A DNA stretch of 34,338 nt, from contig NC_068987.1 of assembly GCF_001194135.2 (NCBI RefSeq), forward strand, positions 37,846,609-37,880,946. The letters run 5' to 3'. This document shows, one piece after another, positions 22,900-34,306 of this stretch. Position 1 is the stretch's first letter. The number at the start of each line of letters is the position of its first letter. The notes beneath the pieces are model-generated. The model made no database searches, was not told where the DNA came from, and saw only the letters and a list, made by a program, of their open reading frames with translations. The DNA comes from Octopus bimaculoides (taxonomy: Eukaryota). A program made the position numbers and the translations under genes.

Positions 22900-24090
22900 A
22901 ATCCGGCCTCTGTAAGCTTGGCAAGCCGAGAGTGATGCATTCAACTTCCTGTAGCTCGGCCTCAGCGTACAAAGCCTATCTAGATCAAGCAGGTCACAAA
23001 TTTGTGGTCTGTATAGCCAACAATTTTGAAAAGTGGACAGCTTGCTCTATATTTATCAACTAAGCTACAGGATTCTCTATCTAGATACAATGTAGATGAC
23101 CCGATGCGGTTCTTTCACATTTACACAGGTATATTTGGTAACTTCAGTCGGTACATATCAGACAGTTGAAAACGTCTGAGCAGGTTTGAGAGGCTTTCGC
23201 ACCAATCTCTTCTAATAGCTAGCTTCACACAATCTAGACATGGGTCCAAGATGGCGTTCCAGACACTCATTAGTTCTAAACAGCGAGTCATTCCAAGAAA
23301 ACCTCCTGACGTCTAAAGAAATCCAGCTATCCTGCCCCCGGTTGGATCATACACAGCCACCAGACTGAAAGCACCCCGTCGCTATTTGTTCAATCCAGAA
23401 CTACCAACTTAATTTCTGTGTCTAGGAAGGTAGCCCTTCCCAAGATTCAGACCTCCCAAGAACAACACACTTCCACCCTCACCATTCTCGGTGGACATGA
23501 AGTATCCACCGAAATTGGACATGCAAGCCTGTCGATCGGAAACCATGACCTCATTGTTAGCCGTGACAACTATACGTAGTGAACTGGGGTCATTGAGTAG
23601 GAGGCTCTGTTCCCAAGGCGACCCCAAGCCGCTTGCATTTACACCGCCTATTCTGAGCAACGCTACATTTGTCAGAGAGAAGAATGAAGAGAATCCCTTT
23701 CTATTGGGAGAAAGGTGTTCTGTCCTGGTTATTTGTAGGTGTCGCCACAAGCATTCTTTGCGGAGACTTTTGTTTATGGTCCCACGGAAATCTCCCATTC
23801 CATTGGGATATTTTGATTTCAGTTTTTTGTAAATTTGTTGCTTTGTTTTTGTAATTTTTATGTGAATAGGAGTGTTATGCGAGGGTGCGATGAATTCATC
23901 TGGAATAGTATATGTGTGCTTTTGAATATGTTTTATTAAGTTGTTGTGTGTATCTATGGCCGTGTGAATGATGATGCCTTGGGTGTGTGGTTTATGTTAT
24001 ATCGGTTTCGATTGCTATGCATTTTTGTTCGCTGAAGTGTTTACAATGTCGGTAGAGTATGCAGTGTTGATGTTTGTAGTTGTGCTAATG
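22900..24090 (-). mobile_element. Tx1/L1-like LINE, APE endonuclease region and upstream remnant
   Basis: LRIGGVNASGL, LVAVYDPTG, WNAILDP, YLDR, GYTDHKFV correspond to decayed APE motifs (NVRGL, VY.P, GDFN, LDR, SDH). Confidence 0.7.
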
Positions 24091-24096
24091 TAGAGT

Positions 24097-24140
24097 GGAG
24101 GAGCAATGGCCCAGTGGTTAGGGCAGCGGACTTGCGGTCA
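24097..24140 (+). mobile_element. tRNA-derived SINE head fragment
   Basis: A-box TGGCCCAGTGG then TTAGGGCAGCGGAC; no B-box or acceptor stem. Confidence 0.5.
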
Positions 24141-24149
24141 TAGTACGAG

Positions 24150-24690
24150 TTTAATTCGTTCCATGACCGAGCTCGTTTTACGATTTATTCGTTTTAGAAA
24201 TAAATTTTCCCCATTGAAATTAACTGAAATATAATTAATCCGTTCCAGCCCCCTTCCCTACAAAAAAAAACGTCCAAAAATTATTTTTTATTGATTTTAA
24301 AACAGAAAAGATGTAGTTTCAAGTAAAATGACAGTTATAAAACAAATGCAAAAGAAATATGTAAACTGGTTTTCTTAATTGAATTACCTTAAAGATGGAA
24401 ATTTATGCGCGAGGAAGACGATACAGACAGGAGGAGAAGAATTACTGTTTGGAAGTAATTAAGACTTCAGAAAGAATAATTTCTGGCGTTTTCTCTCTCA
24501 CTTCCCTTCATTTAGGCTTTTTGGACACACTTTCTTCACTTTTCACACTTGCAGGTCGTTTCAGTAGAAACTTATCAAAAGAAGTTTGCTTTTATCTTCC
24601 TTTCAAAATGTTACCAAAATGCGCCAGAGCAGTGTCATTAAATAAAGCAGCTTCACTACCTGTAGCTACTTTTTCAGTATGATATATTTC
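24150..24690 (-). mobile_element. Tigger/pogo-like transposon 3' relic
   Basis: EKVATGSEAALFNDTALAHFGNILKGR*KQTSFDKFLLKRP resembles the Tigger C-terminal LFND...HF..ILK.R.KQ.S.D.F motif. Confidence 0.65.
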
Positions 24691-24706
24691 TACAAATTCA
24701 GAAAAT

Positions 24707-24893
24707 TTTACATTTCACGGATATTTGTGCTCATCATGTTACTTGCTAACACAACGTTTCGGCTGATATACCCTCCAGCCTTCATCAGGTATCTTGGGGA
24801 AATTTCGAACCTGATGAAGGCTGGAGAGTATATCAGCCAAAACGTTGCGTTAACAACTAACAAGATGAGGACAAATATCTGTGAAATGTAAAT
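24707..24893. repeat. ~84-bp inverted repeat of a PLE-type terminus, 18-nt spacer
   Basis: 24707-24790 is the reverse complement of 24809-24893 with few mismatches; spacer ATCTTGGGGAAATTTCGA. Confidence 0.9.
24748..24793 (-). ncRNA. Minimal type I hammerhead ribozyme with intact core
   Basis: GAUAC-CUGAUGA-A-GGCUG-GAGGGUAUAU-CAGCC-GAA-ACGU-U-GUGUU; predicted cleavage after GUU, between 24753 and 24752. Confidence 0.7.
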
Positions 24894-24946
24894 AATGTCA
24901 ATAATGTACGTAATTCCTCATCTCTTAAATATAGAACTGTATGAAT

Positions 24947-25300
24947 TAAAGTTACGTTGACGTAAACAAACCGAAACCGGATGTCAAGTGGTGGCGGGGA
25001 CAAACGGTGACTCACAACACACGACCTCATACACACACACACAGACAAACAGATACACACACACACATACAAACAAACACACACGCACACAAACACACAT
25101 TCAAACTTACACACACGCATGCACGCATATATTTATATGCAACGGACTTCTTTCAGTTTGTCTACAAGATCCACTCACAAGGCTTTTGTGAGCGCGTGGC
25201 TATCGTAGAAGGCAATTGCCAAAAATACCAGGTATTTGGACTGAACCTAGAACCATGAGGCTGGGAAGCAAACTTCTGACCACAAAACCATGTCTGTGGT
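24947..25300 (-). mobile_element. Old, diverged SINE family A copy (part of duplicated module)
   Basis: CTTCTTTCAGTTT...CCACTCACAAGGCTTTTGTG...ACTGAACCTAGAACCATG. Confidence 0.8.
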
Positions 25301-25375
25301 TATCTATACATGCAAACAGCCATATACTTTTATGTATAAGCATGTATGTGTGTGTCTATTTGTGTCTCTTTAATG

Positions 25376-25413
<38 letters not shown>

Positions 25414-25486
25414 AACGCACACAAACACGCACACACACATACACAGACACATATTTATATATGTGTACACAATTGTATGCGTAACC

Positions 25487-25713
25487 ATTTGTGAGTGTGA
25501 ATGAGCGTGCGTGACTGTATTAACTCTAGAATGTCTTTGCTTTCGTTTTTTACTGTGACGTGAATCACACCACAGAATATAATGATATCACACGAACAGT
25601 GACAGCCAATAGGACTAGAAGCACGTGGCGTGAGTTAACGTCTGATCAGCTTTGAAAGGAATATTTCTAATGTATCAGGTGATCATGCTAAGTTGCACCT
25701 TCTCGCAATAAAC
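25487..25713. promoter_or_regulatory. Conserved 227-bp core of duplicated module, copy 1; candidate promoter/enhancer
   Basis: 7 substitutions and no indels versus 32354-32580; TGACGTGA 25556-25563, AGCCAATAGG (CCAAT 25606-25610), CACGTG 25622-25627. Function is inferred. Confidence 0.5.
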
Positions 25714-25761
25714 TTCAAGACGCACCCCCCTTTCTCCAAACATGCATGTGTGTGTGTGTGA

Positions 25762-25860
25762 AGCGCAGGTGTGTCTGTGTGGTAAAAAAGTTTGCTTCCC
25801 ATCCACATGGTTTCGGGTTCAGTCCCACTACTTAGCGACTTGGGCAAGTGTCTTCTACTA
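25762..25860 (+). mobile_element. SINE family A 5' head, truncated
   Basis: CTGTGTGGTAA...GGGTTCAGTCCCACT...TTGGGCAAGTGTCTTCTACTA. Confidence 0.8.
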
Positions 25861-26055
25861 TTACTGTCTACTACGCTTATTGTCCGATCCTCATATATTG
25901 CATTAATATTCTTTGCACTTTTAGTTGCATTGTTGCCTTTATTGAACTCATAAAGTAGAATATACCGAATATGCTCCTTTGTCACTTCCATTATAGCTTT
26001 GTAAAAATAACTGTTAAAATCGAACTACTCTTCAAAACTTGCACTAAGAATAAAG
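25861..26055 (-). mobile_element. Mariner transposase 5' fragment
   Basis: MEVTKEHIRYILLYEFNKGNNATKSAKNINAIYEDRTIS, a mariner N-terminal HTH pattern. Confidence 0.75.
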
Positions 26056-27410
26056 ATTTATTCAATCCACAAGGGTCAAACATAGAGGGGACGATACAAA
26101 ATGAACACGGGGTTGGAAAGTGTATGGAAATACATAGAAAATGAATAATTAAAAATTTATGGTAATAAAAAAAATGAAAAACAGAAAATACAACAGTACA
26201 ATGAAGTGGGGGACGGTTACCTCCCCGCAAGACACGTTCCTCCACTGGACCTTTTGGTTTACCTTTTATGGTCTACACTCACGCAGAATCTTTCATTCCC
26301 AACATGTATACCACTTGCTTCCATCTTTTACCATACGTATCTGATGATAGACACCTCCTCACTAGCCATATTTTCCTTCGTAGAAAGAAAACAAAGAAGT
26401 TTACCAATCCTTGGCCAGAGATGAAGATACCTATCACCAATTCCTTCATTCATATCCTCCTGTAGCGACCACTAAGAGAAGACAAAACCACTACGAGAAA
26501 ATAAACCTTACCTTCTCTGTTCAGAGAGGAGTGTGGAACAATCTTTATGACTGACTCGGACGACAGCTGTACTCTTCTCCGACGTGACAGCAGTCGTTCG
26601 ACGTAAACTCACAGCTCTGTAATCCCCGAGCACTGCAAAAATGCTTGCGGAACAGTTTCACTGTCCAGCCCACATCTTGGGCAGGTGGGTGAGCATGAGG
26701 CACCGTGCTTTGTGAGTTTATCGTGAACCGGTAAGGCTCCTCGATAATATTGCCAGGCTAGGGACCTCTAGAAGTTGTCCAAGGATCCGGCCCCAATGTC
26801 CTTTGGCCAAAGGCTGGCTAGTTGATCATCGTCGAAGCCCAGGGTTTCTCCCAGGCCGTATCACACTTGACCTCTATGAACCCTCTATAGAATGACAAGG
26901 TGGAACCCACGCTACCAGCATTACTCGTGCAGCAGAGGAGCGCGAGTGGCTTACGACACTCGGCCTGCCAAGCAGCCAACTTTTGATCCATGGTTCTAGT
27001 TCACTAAAACTAGTGAACCTAGGAAGTAGCAGCTTGACGAACAGAGACAACACCCGTTCACCATCCAGGTACAGCCAGAAATGCCTTAGCTTCAGCGCGA
27101 TCCTGCGCGTCACCAACCAAGGCATCCCTAGCCCACTCCTTAGCTGTTGTTGACAACAGATAGAGCGCTTTACAAGAGGTCCTTTGCCCTTCCACAAGAA
27201 GTGGAAGAGCAGACGTTCCAACTTGCTTAGCCAAGAATTGGGGCAAGGTACAAGGGTTAAGCGGTAGGTGATTACAGATGCGTTAGATACATTTGCGACC
27301 TACGCCCTCCCTTTCGGAGTTAGCCATCACCCAGACCAGGTCTGGGTTAGATGGGCCACTCTGCTTGCGACCTCGCTCCAATTTTTCTCTAACTAGGAAC
27401 ACGTGTTAAT
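26056..27410 (-). mobile_element. Tx1/L1-like LINE 3' part (post-RT, CCHC, 3' UTR)
   Basis: LERLLFHFLWKGKGPLVKRSICCQ...SGLGMPWL, SLAWQYYRGALPV, TCPRCG..SETV; AATAAA at the 3' end near 26060. Confidence 0.8.
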
Positions 27411-28154
27411 GGGGGAGGTTTAAGTGGGGGAGGAGAGGGGCATTCTGCTCTTATGTGGCCTTTCTCGCCACATTCAAAGCAGTGATGCCTCCTCTCCCAT
27501 TCAGCACACGTGTTCCTCCTCGTTTTATTATTATTTTTTTTATGATTTTTACTTTGTATTTTATTATACTTATTTATCGTGTATTTACTTATTAATTTTT
27601 CCTATATGTGACTGTGGATTTTCATGGATGAATCCATGAACTTTGGTTCTTTTCTCTAAATTATATATTTATATATTATATACTGTGAAAATTGAATCTA
27701 TTTGAGTTTTTACTTGTAAATTTGGATTTTTATCCCTAATATTATTATCATTATATATATANNNNNNNNNNNNNNNNNNNNNNNNNNNNNNNNNNNNNNN
27801 NNNNNNNNNNNNNNNNNNNNNNNNNNNNNNNNNNNNNNNNNNNNNNNNNNNNNNNNNNNNNNNNNNNNNNNNNNNNNNNNNNNNNNNNNNNNNNNNNNNN
27901 NNNNNNNNNNNNNNNNNNNNNNNNNNNNNNNNNNNNNNNNNNNNNNNNNNNNNNNNNNNNNNNNNNNNNNNNNNNNNNNNNNNNNNNNNNNNNNNNNNNN
28001 NNNNNNNNNNNNNNNNNNNNNNNNNNNNNNNNNNNNNNNNNNNNNNNNNNNNNNNNNNNNNNNNNNNNNNNNNNNNNNNNNNNNNNNNNNNNNNNNNNNN
28101 NNNNNNNNNNNNNNNNNNNNNNNNNNNNNNNNNNNNNNNNNNNNNNNNNNNNNN

Positions 28155-29214
28155 AAACAAATTTATTTTAATATGGGTAGGCCCGCATTTGCCAGTAATT
28201 ACAGCTTGAATTCTACGAGGTATGGACTCGTGCAAAGTTTGAATTGCTTGCAAAGGAATTTTTATCCATTCTTCAGCTAAAACAGTCTCCAGTTCTTATA
28301 GTGACGATAGGGGAGGATATCGACTCCTTACTTGTTTTTCTAAAGTGCACCATAAAAATTCAATAATATTGAGATCTGGGAACTGTGGTGGCCAGATAAG
28401 ATGTTCAACTTCACTAGAATGTTCCTCGTGCTATTCAGTAACAACTTTAGCTGTGTGAATTGGTGCATTGTCATCCTGAAATATTTTATTTAAACTAAAG
28501 ATTCGATTAGATAAGTTTTGAAATTGATGCATTGTCATCCTGAATTTGATCAGATAAAATGCTTAAATAGTCTTGACTATTAATTTTGTTATGAAGGAAA
28601 CCAATGGGCCGGCGGATTTCCAAGATATAGCTCCCCACCCCAGATCATCACAGATCATCCTCCATGTTTAACAGTTGGAAGAAGGCAGTCTTTTGGCTGT
28701 CTCCACACGTATACTCGGCCGGTGGTCGAAAATAAGGTAAAGGATGACTCGTGTGAGGAAATGACATTCTTCCACTGCTCTGGGGACCAATTCGGTAGGT
28801 TTTTACTCCACTCTAAACGCTTTGCAACATTTGTTTTTGAAAGTAGTGGTTTTCTGATTGCAGCCCTCCCATGAAATCTGGCTTTGTGCAGGTCCCGGCA
28901 AACAGTTTTTGTGGAAACTGGGTTCTCGAGGTGGTCATTAAGCTCTGCAGTAATTTTGGGATCTGTACTTTTGTGATCCTTTCTAACAATTCGCATAAGA
29001 GTTCGACGATCCCTATCTGAAAGTTTTGGTAATACTTTCGGAGTTTTGTTTCGATGTGGAGGTTTTTCCCTCTTTCTCAAAGGCCGTCATTACTTTCAAG
29101 ACAGTACTTGTTGATACACCAAGCATTTCGGCTGCTTTTATTACGCTGGTGCCTGCCATATGAGCACCAACAATTTGACCTCTTTGAAAGTCCGATGGAT
29201 CTGTCATCTTAATG
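28155..29214 (-). mobile_element. Tc1-like transposase relic with internal deletion
   Basis: MTDPSDFQRGQIVGAHMAG, RTLMRIVRK, WKNVISSHESSF, PTVKHGG, FQDDNAPIHTAK, WPPQFPDLNIIEFLW, SIPRRIQAVI. Confidence 0.9.
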
Positions 29215-29834
29215 NNNNNNNNNNNNNNNNNNNNNNNNNNNNNNNNNNNNNNNNNNNNNNNNNNNNNNNNNNNNNNNNNNNNNNNNNNNNNNNNNNNNNN
29301 NNNNNNNNNNNNNNNNNNNNNNNNNNNNNNNNNNNNNNNNNNNNNNNNNNNNNNNNNNNNNNNNNNNNNNNNNNNNNNNNNNNNNNNNNNNNNNNNNNNN
29401 NNNNNNNNNNNNNNNNNNNNNNNNNNNNNNNNNNNNNNNNNNNNNNNNNNNNNNNNNNNNNNNNNNNNNNNNNNNNNTATATATATATATATATATATTC
29501 AACTCATGATTAAGTATGCAAAGCCAAAACACCAATCTTTAATGAAATTACAAATAAGTGAGCCTTAAGTTCTGAACCTATCAAATTCCGACCATCATTC
29601 CATCCCTCATCTCGGTTATTCATCCTCCCACCCAACGCGTCACCTTTGAAGGCAGTGTCACTATTTTCAAAAGTTTAATAACAAGACTTTCAATCATAAG
29701 CAATATTTCCATGAATTGAGAGCAGCCTAGTAACAAATGTTAAACTACAATCTGTGTAAGGTCTATAAACAAAATATGGTTATAAGATATTACGATCAAA
29801 TGTCCAGCCTCCTTCCTACCCGCGAAAAATTCTA

Positions 29835-30680
29835 CAGACCATATGGAGATCATTGAAGAGTGCAGCAGCACCACTAGCAATGAGGATGAGTATGAGGAAG
29901 ATGATTTCTTCAGCAACATCACTCAATTCCGGGAGCGCAGGAGCCAGAGGTCCTGAAATCCAAGGCGCAGAACTTGGTGAAGACCTGGCTGGAAGCCGTC
30001 TCGAAAGAAGTCCTGACTGAAGTCGCCTTTTTGGGTGAGCAGGTCTTCATCGACATGTTTACCAAGTATAACACCGCCATCCCATCCAGTGTGCAGCACT
30101 GAATGGGATGGCGATGTTGAGTGCCTATTCTCTTTTGGCAAAGCTATTTTGAGGACCAAGAGAGTTACCCTGTCAGATGGTAACTTTGAGAGGCTGATGT
30201 TTATGAAGCGCAACCAACATCACGTCGAGGCGATGGAGAAGGTCCAACCAGAGTAGGATACCTTGATTATCATCTGATTTCAGCCTGATACCTCTGCTAT
30301 ACTATATCTTTTTGATTCGTTTAATACTTTTTGTACAGTAAATAAAGTGTATGTTGACTGATAAACTAATGTTTAGATTCATTTACTCATTTAATTATTT
30401 GCGTACACCTTGATAATCATTTGATCTTGGTATACTACATCCTTGTGGAAAGCTCTATGTCTAAGCTACAACATGAACATTTCAACTCTCTAGGTTTGTT
30501 TTTAAGGGTTTTAGAGCCCAAAAACGAAACCGACACTAAATTCATATGATAAAAGTTAGCATTAGCTTCCACTAATTTTTTTTACCTGTTTAGCGGTTTA
30601 GCGTTTGTGAAGCTAGCTTTTTTAGTTAGCAGATTAGCAGTTACCGAAGCTAACTTTTTGGTTAGCTGTGCTCACCACTG
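29835..30680 (+). mobile_element. hAT transposon 3' end: dimerisation domain and right terminus
   Basis: MFTKYNTAIPSS..VECLFSFGKAILRTKRVTLSDGNFERLMFMKRN; repeated subterminal TTAGC motifs; end GGTTAGCTGTGCTCACCACTG (CAG start on minus). Confidence 0.8.
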
Positions 30681-30821
30681 GAATGTATATACTTATTGTA
30701 GCTGCTGTTGTTTAGCAAGTGCTGTTTGAGGGAGACTATGCAACATTCAAAGGCTATCAGCACTGATCTCAAGCCCCTACTTCTTTTATCTCTTCTTAGA
30801 TAGAGCTTGTCGATATCACTA

Positions 30822-31172
30822 TTTTTGTGAGTGAATATGGTAGACAGAGATTTAAAAGAAACCCATCGTATACAGACACACACACACACGCACACGCACA
30901 CACGCACTCACTCACTCACACACATAAACACACACACGTGTGCGAATGTCTGACTTTGTGTCTGTGTTTGTCTCCCATCACCACTTCACAGTCGTTATTG
31001 ATGTGTTTACATCCGCGTAACCTAGCGGTTGGGCAAAAGAGATCAATAGAATAAGTACTACGCTTTAAGGAGAAGAAAAGCTAGCGGGATAGATTCGTTC
31101 GACTAAAATCCTTTCAAAGCGGTGCCCCATCATGGCAGGCAGTTTAATGACTGAAACATGTAAAAGATATAA
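30822..31172 (+). mobile_element. SINE family A, 3' two-thirds, diverged
   Basis: GTGAGTGAATATGGTAGAC...CGTAACCTAGCGGTT.GGCAAAAGAGA...ATGACTGAAAC. Confidence 0.8.
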
Positions 31173-31198
31173 GATATGTATATGTGCATCTTCTTAAC

Positions 31199-31482
31199 GT
31201 AGGTGTGTGTGGTAAGACACTTGCTTCCCACAAACCAGATGGTTCTGGGTTCAGTCCCACTGCGTATCATTTTGGACGAGTGCCTTGTACTCTACCCTCG
31301 GGCCAAGAGTAGAGTACATTTTTATGTGTGTATGTTGTGTGCCCCATCACCGCTTGACAACCGGTGTTGGTGTTTTGACACCCCCGCAACAAAGTAATTC
31401 GGCAAAACGAATGAATCAGTTGTATTATAATTACTGAGGTCGACTGGTTCAACTAAACTTTTCAAGATGGTGCTCCAGTCTG
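31199..31482 (+). mobile_element. SINE family A, diverged and internally deleted
   Basis: GGGTTCAGTCCCACTGCG...CGCTTGACAACCGGTGTTGG...GGTGCTCCAG. Confidence 0.75.
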
Positions 31483-31790
31483 GTACTATTTTATCGGATA
31501 CCTTTGCCAAATAGCTAAAGTTACGATGACATAAACAAAACAAACACGGATTATCAAGTGGTGGTGGGGGACAGAGACTCAGATACACACCCTCACACAC
31601 ACACACACACACACACACAGACGCATGAACGCCCACATATATTTATATACAACCGACTTCTTTCAGTTTCCGTGAGATATCCACTCACAAGGCTTTTGTG
31701 GGCGTGAGGCTATAGTAGAAGACAATTACCCTTGATGGCATGTAGTCAGATTGAACCCAGAACTTCTTACCACACAGCCGCACCTGTGCC
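31483..31790 (-). mobile_element. Old SINE family A copy (paralogue of 24947-25300)
   Basis: Shares GGCTTTTGTG(A/G)GCG and CAATT(G/A)CC with 24947-25300. Confidence 0.75.
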
Positions 31791-31804
31791 TTTGTATACT
31801 CATT

Positions 31805-32206
31805 TTTTTACTCGCTTTTTACTCTTTTTACTTGTTTCAGTCATTTGACTGCGGCCATGCTGGAGTACCGCCTTTAGTCGAGCAAATCGACCCCAGGACT
31901 TATTCTTTCGAAGCCTAGTACTTATTCTATCGGTCTCTATTGCCGAACCGCTAAGTTACGAGGACGTAAACACACTAGCATCGGTTGTCAAGCGATGTTG
32001 GGGGGACAAACACAGATACACAAACACATACACAAGCATATATATATATACATATATACGACGGGCTTCTTTCAGTTTCCGTATACCAAATCAACTCACA
32101 AGGCTTTGGTCGGCCTCAGGCTATAGAAGAAGACACTTGCCCAAGGTGCTACGCAGTGGGACTGAACCCGGAAGCGAGCTACTTACCACGCAGTCACTCT
32201 TGCGCC
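31805..32206 (-). mobile_element. SINE family A, young near-complete copy inserted into the duplicated module
   Basis: Close reverse-complement match to 22389-22808; absent from the paralogous position near 25305. Confidence 0.9.
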
Positions 32207-32353
32207 ATTCATATATATACATATATTTTTATGTATAAGTATATATGTGTGTGTCTATGTGTCTGTTATATACATACACACACATGCACACACATATACA
32301 CGTTCACATACACAGACATATTTATATATGTATACACATGTAAATGCGTTGCT

Positions 32354-32580
32354 ATTTGTGAGTGTGAATGAGCGTGCGTGACCGTATTAACTCTAGAATG
32401 TCTTTGCTGTCGTTTTTTACTGTGACGTGAATCACACCACAGAATATAATGATATCACACGAACAGTGACAGCCAATAGGACTAGAAGCACGTGGCGTGT
32501 GTTAACGTCTGATCAACTATGAAAGGAATATTTCTAATGTATCAGGTGATCATGCTAAGTTGTACCTTTTCGCAATAAAC
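32354..32580. promoter_or_regulatory. Conserved 227-bp core of duplicated module, copy 2
   Basis: 97% identical to 25487-25713; CRE-like, CCAAT and CACGTG motifs all unchanged. Confidence 0.5.
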
Positions 32581-32686
32581 CCCAGAAGGCACCCCGCTTT
32601 CTCTAAATACACACACACACACACACACACATACACACACGCACGTACGCACACACACACACATACATATACACGTGTGTATAAGG

Positions 32687-32810
32687 TGCATGCGTGTCTG
32701 TGTGGTAAAAAGCTTGCTTCCCAACCACATGGTTTCGGGTTCAGTCTCACTGTGTGGAATGTTGGGCAAGTGTCTTCTGCTGGAGCCACGGGACAACAAA
32801 AGTCATGTGA
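32687..32810 (+). mobile_element. SINE family A 5' head running into gap
   Basis: Paralogue of 25762-25860. Confidence 0.8.
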
Positions 32811-33335
32811 NNNNNNNNNNNNNNNNNNNNNNNNNNNNNNNNNNNNNNNNNNNNNNNNNNNNNNNNNNNNNNNNNNNNNNNNNNNNNNNNNNNNNNNNNN
32901 NNNNNNNNNNNNNNNNNNNNNNNNNNNNNNNNNNNNNNNNNNNNNNNNNNNNNNNNNNNNNNNNNNNNNNNNNNNNNNNNNNNNNNNNNNNNNNNNNNNN
33001 NNNNNNNNNNNNNNNNNNNNNNNNNNNNNNNNNNNNNNNNNNNNNNNNNNNNNNNNNNNNNNNNNNNNNNNNNNNNNNNNNNNNNNNNNNNNNNNNNNNN
33101 NNNNNNNNNNNNNNNNNNNNNNNNNNNNNNNNNNNNNNNNNNNNNNNNNNNNNNNNNNNNNNNNNNNNNNNNNNNNNNNNNNNNNNNNNNNNNNNNNNNN
33201 NNNNNNNNNNNNNNNNNNNNNNNNNNNNNNNNNNNNNNNNNNNNNNNNNNNNNNNNNNNNNNNNNNNNNNNNNNNNNNNNNNNNNNNNNNNNNNNNNNNN
33301 NNNNNNNNNNNNNNNNNNNATATACATGTACATAT

Positions 33336-33474
33336 ATACGACGGGCCTCTTTCAGTTTCCGTCTACCAAATCCACTCACAAGGCTTTGGTCGGCCCGAGG
33401 CTATAGTAGAAGACACTTGCCCAAGATGCCACGTAGTGGGACTGAACCCGGGACCATGTGGTTGGTAAGCAAGC

Positions 33475-33478
<4 letters not shown>
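33336..33478 (-). mobile_element. SINE family A 5' half
   Basis: Near-identical reverse complement of ~22414-22555. Confidence 0.9.
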
Positions 33479-33516
<38 letters not shown>

Positions 33517-34306
33517 TAACGTTGTCTTTCTTGCATTTCTTCATAAGAATTATCATTAACATTTATGAAGCCTTTCTCTTCTTTACAGTTGCCATTGCAG
33601 TAAATATGGTGACTTTGCAGTGCTGTTGTTGTTTTGAAGTTGCTGTTGGTGATGTTTTGTTATTTTAAAGTATCAACTAAGCTCCTAACTCGTAGATTTT
33701 ATTATGAAATGTATTTTAGAGCAGACCATAAACATACTTTATGGAAATCTGTTGCTTCACTAATGAATGTGTTCTCCGTTGTTTAAGTAGGTGTGATTCA
33801 TTTCAAGAAGAAGTAGCTACTATTTCTAACTGGTCAAGAGACCACAGACTGCCTAGTTGGTTCGAAAGCAAGTCAGTGGATTGGTCGATGGAAAATTTAG
33901 TATTCAGATTACATCAATATCGGGTTGGGTGTCTTTGACAGCGAGTGGATTCAGTTTGAGATTAATGTCAAACACACAACAATATCAGAATATTTTTGAC
34001 AGAGTATGTAACAATCTTTTGGCTTTTAAGCCTATTTTTCTATTAACTTCCCGACGCCGCCAGGCGAGATAGTAAGTTCGTGAATAAATACATTTAACTC
34101 TACACGCATATACAAGATACATTCAACTATACACGCATAAATGCACACAAACAAACATAATGTATAGTTATGGAAGAAATCTATTCTCAGATAATGTTTA
34201 TTTACAAAAGAGCGCTATTCTCTAAAGTGGAATGATATAAACAAGAAAATATTTACATATTTGTAGACGCCTACGTAATATACTGCTGACTTTCGAAGCA
34301 ATTTAG

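Noticed and set aside
21880-22930. Possible C-terminal part of the Tx1/L1 element flanking the SINE at 22389
   Set aside because: Only LGLPSL and scattered W/C residues; too decayed to support.
24097-24170. tRNA gene
   Set aside because: A-box only; no T-arm, B-box or acceptor stem, so a SINE head fragment.
25581-25652. C/D box snoRNA within the conserved core (ATGATAT...CTGA)
   Set aside because: Box C deviates from RUGAUGA and the putative guide next to box D differs between the two copies.
33500-34300. Possible host exons in unique sequence
   Set aside because: No ORF with recognisable domain or convincing splice-site pair.
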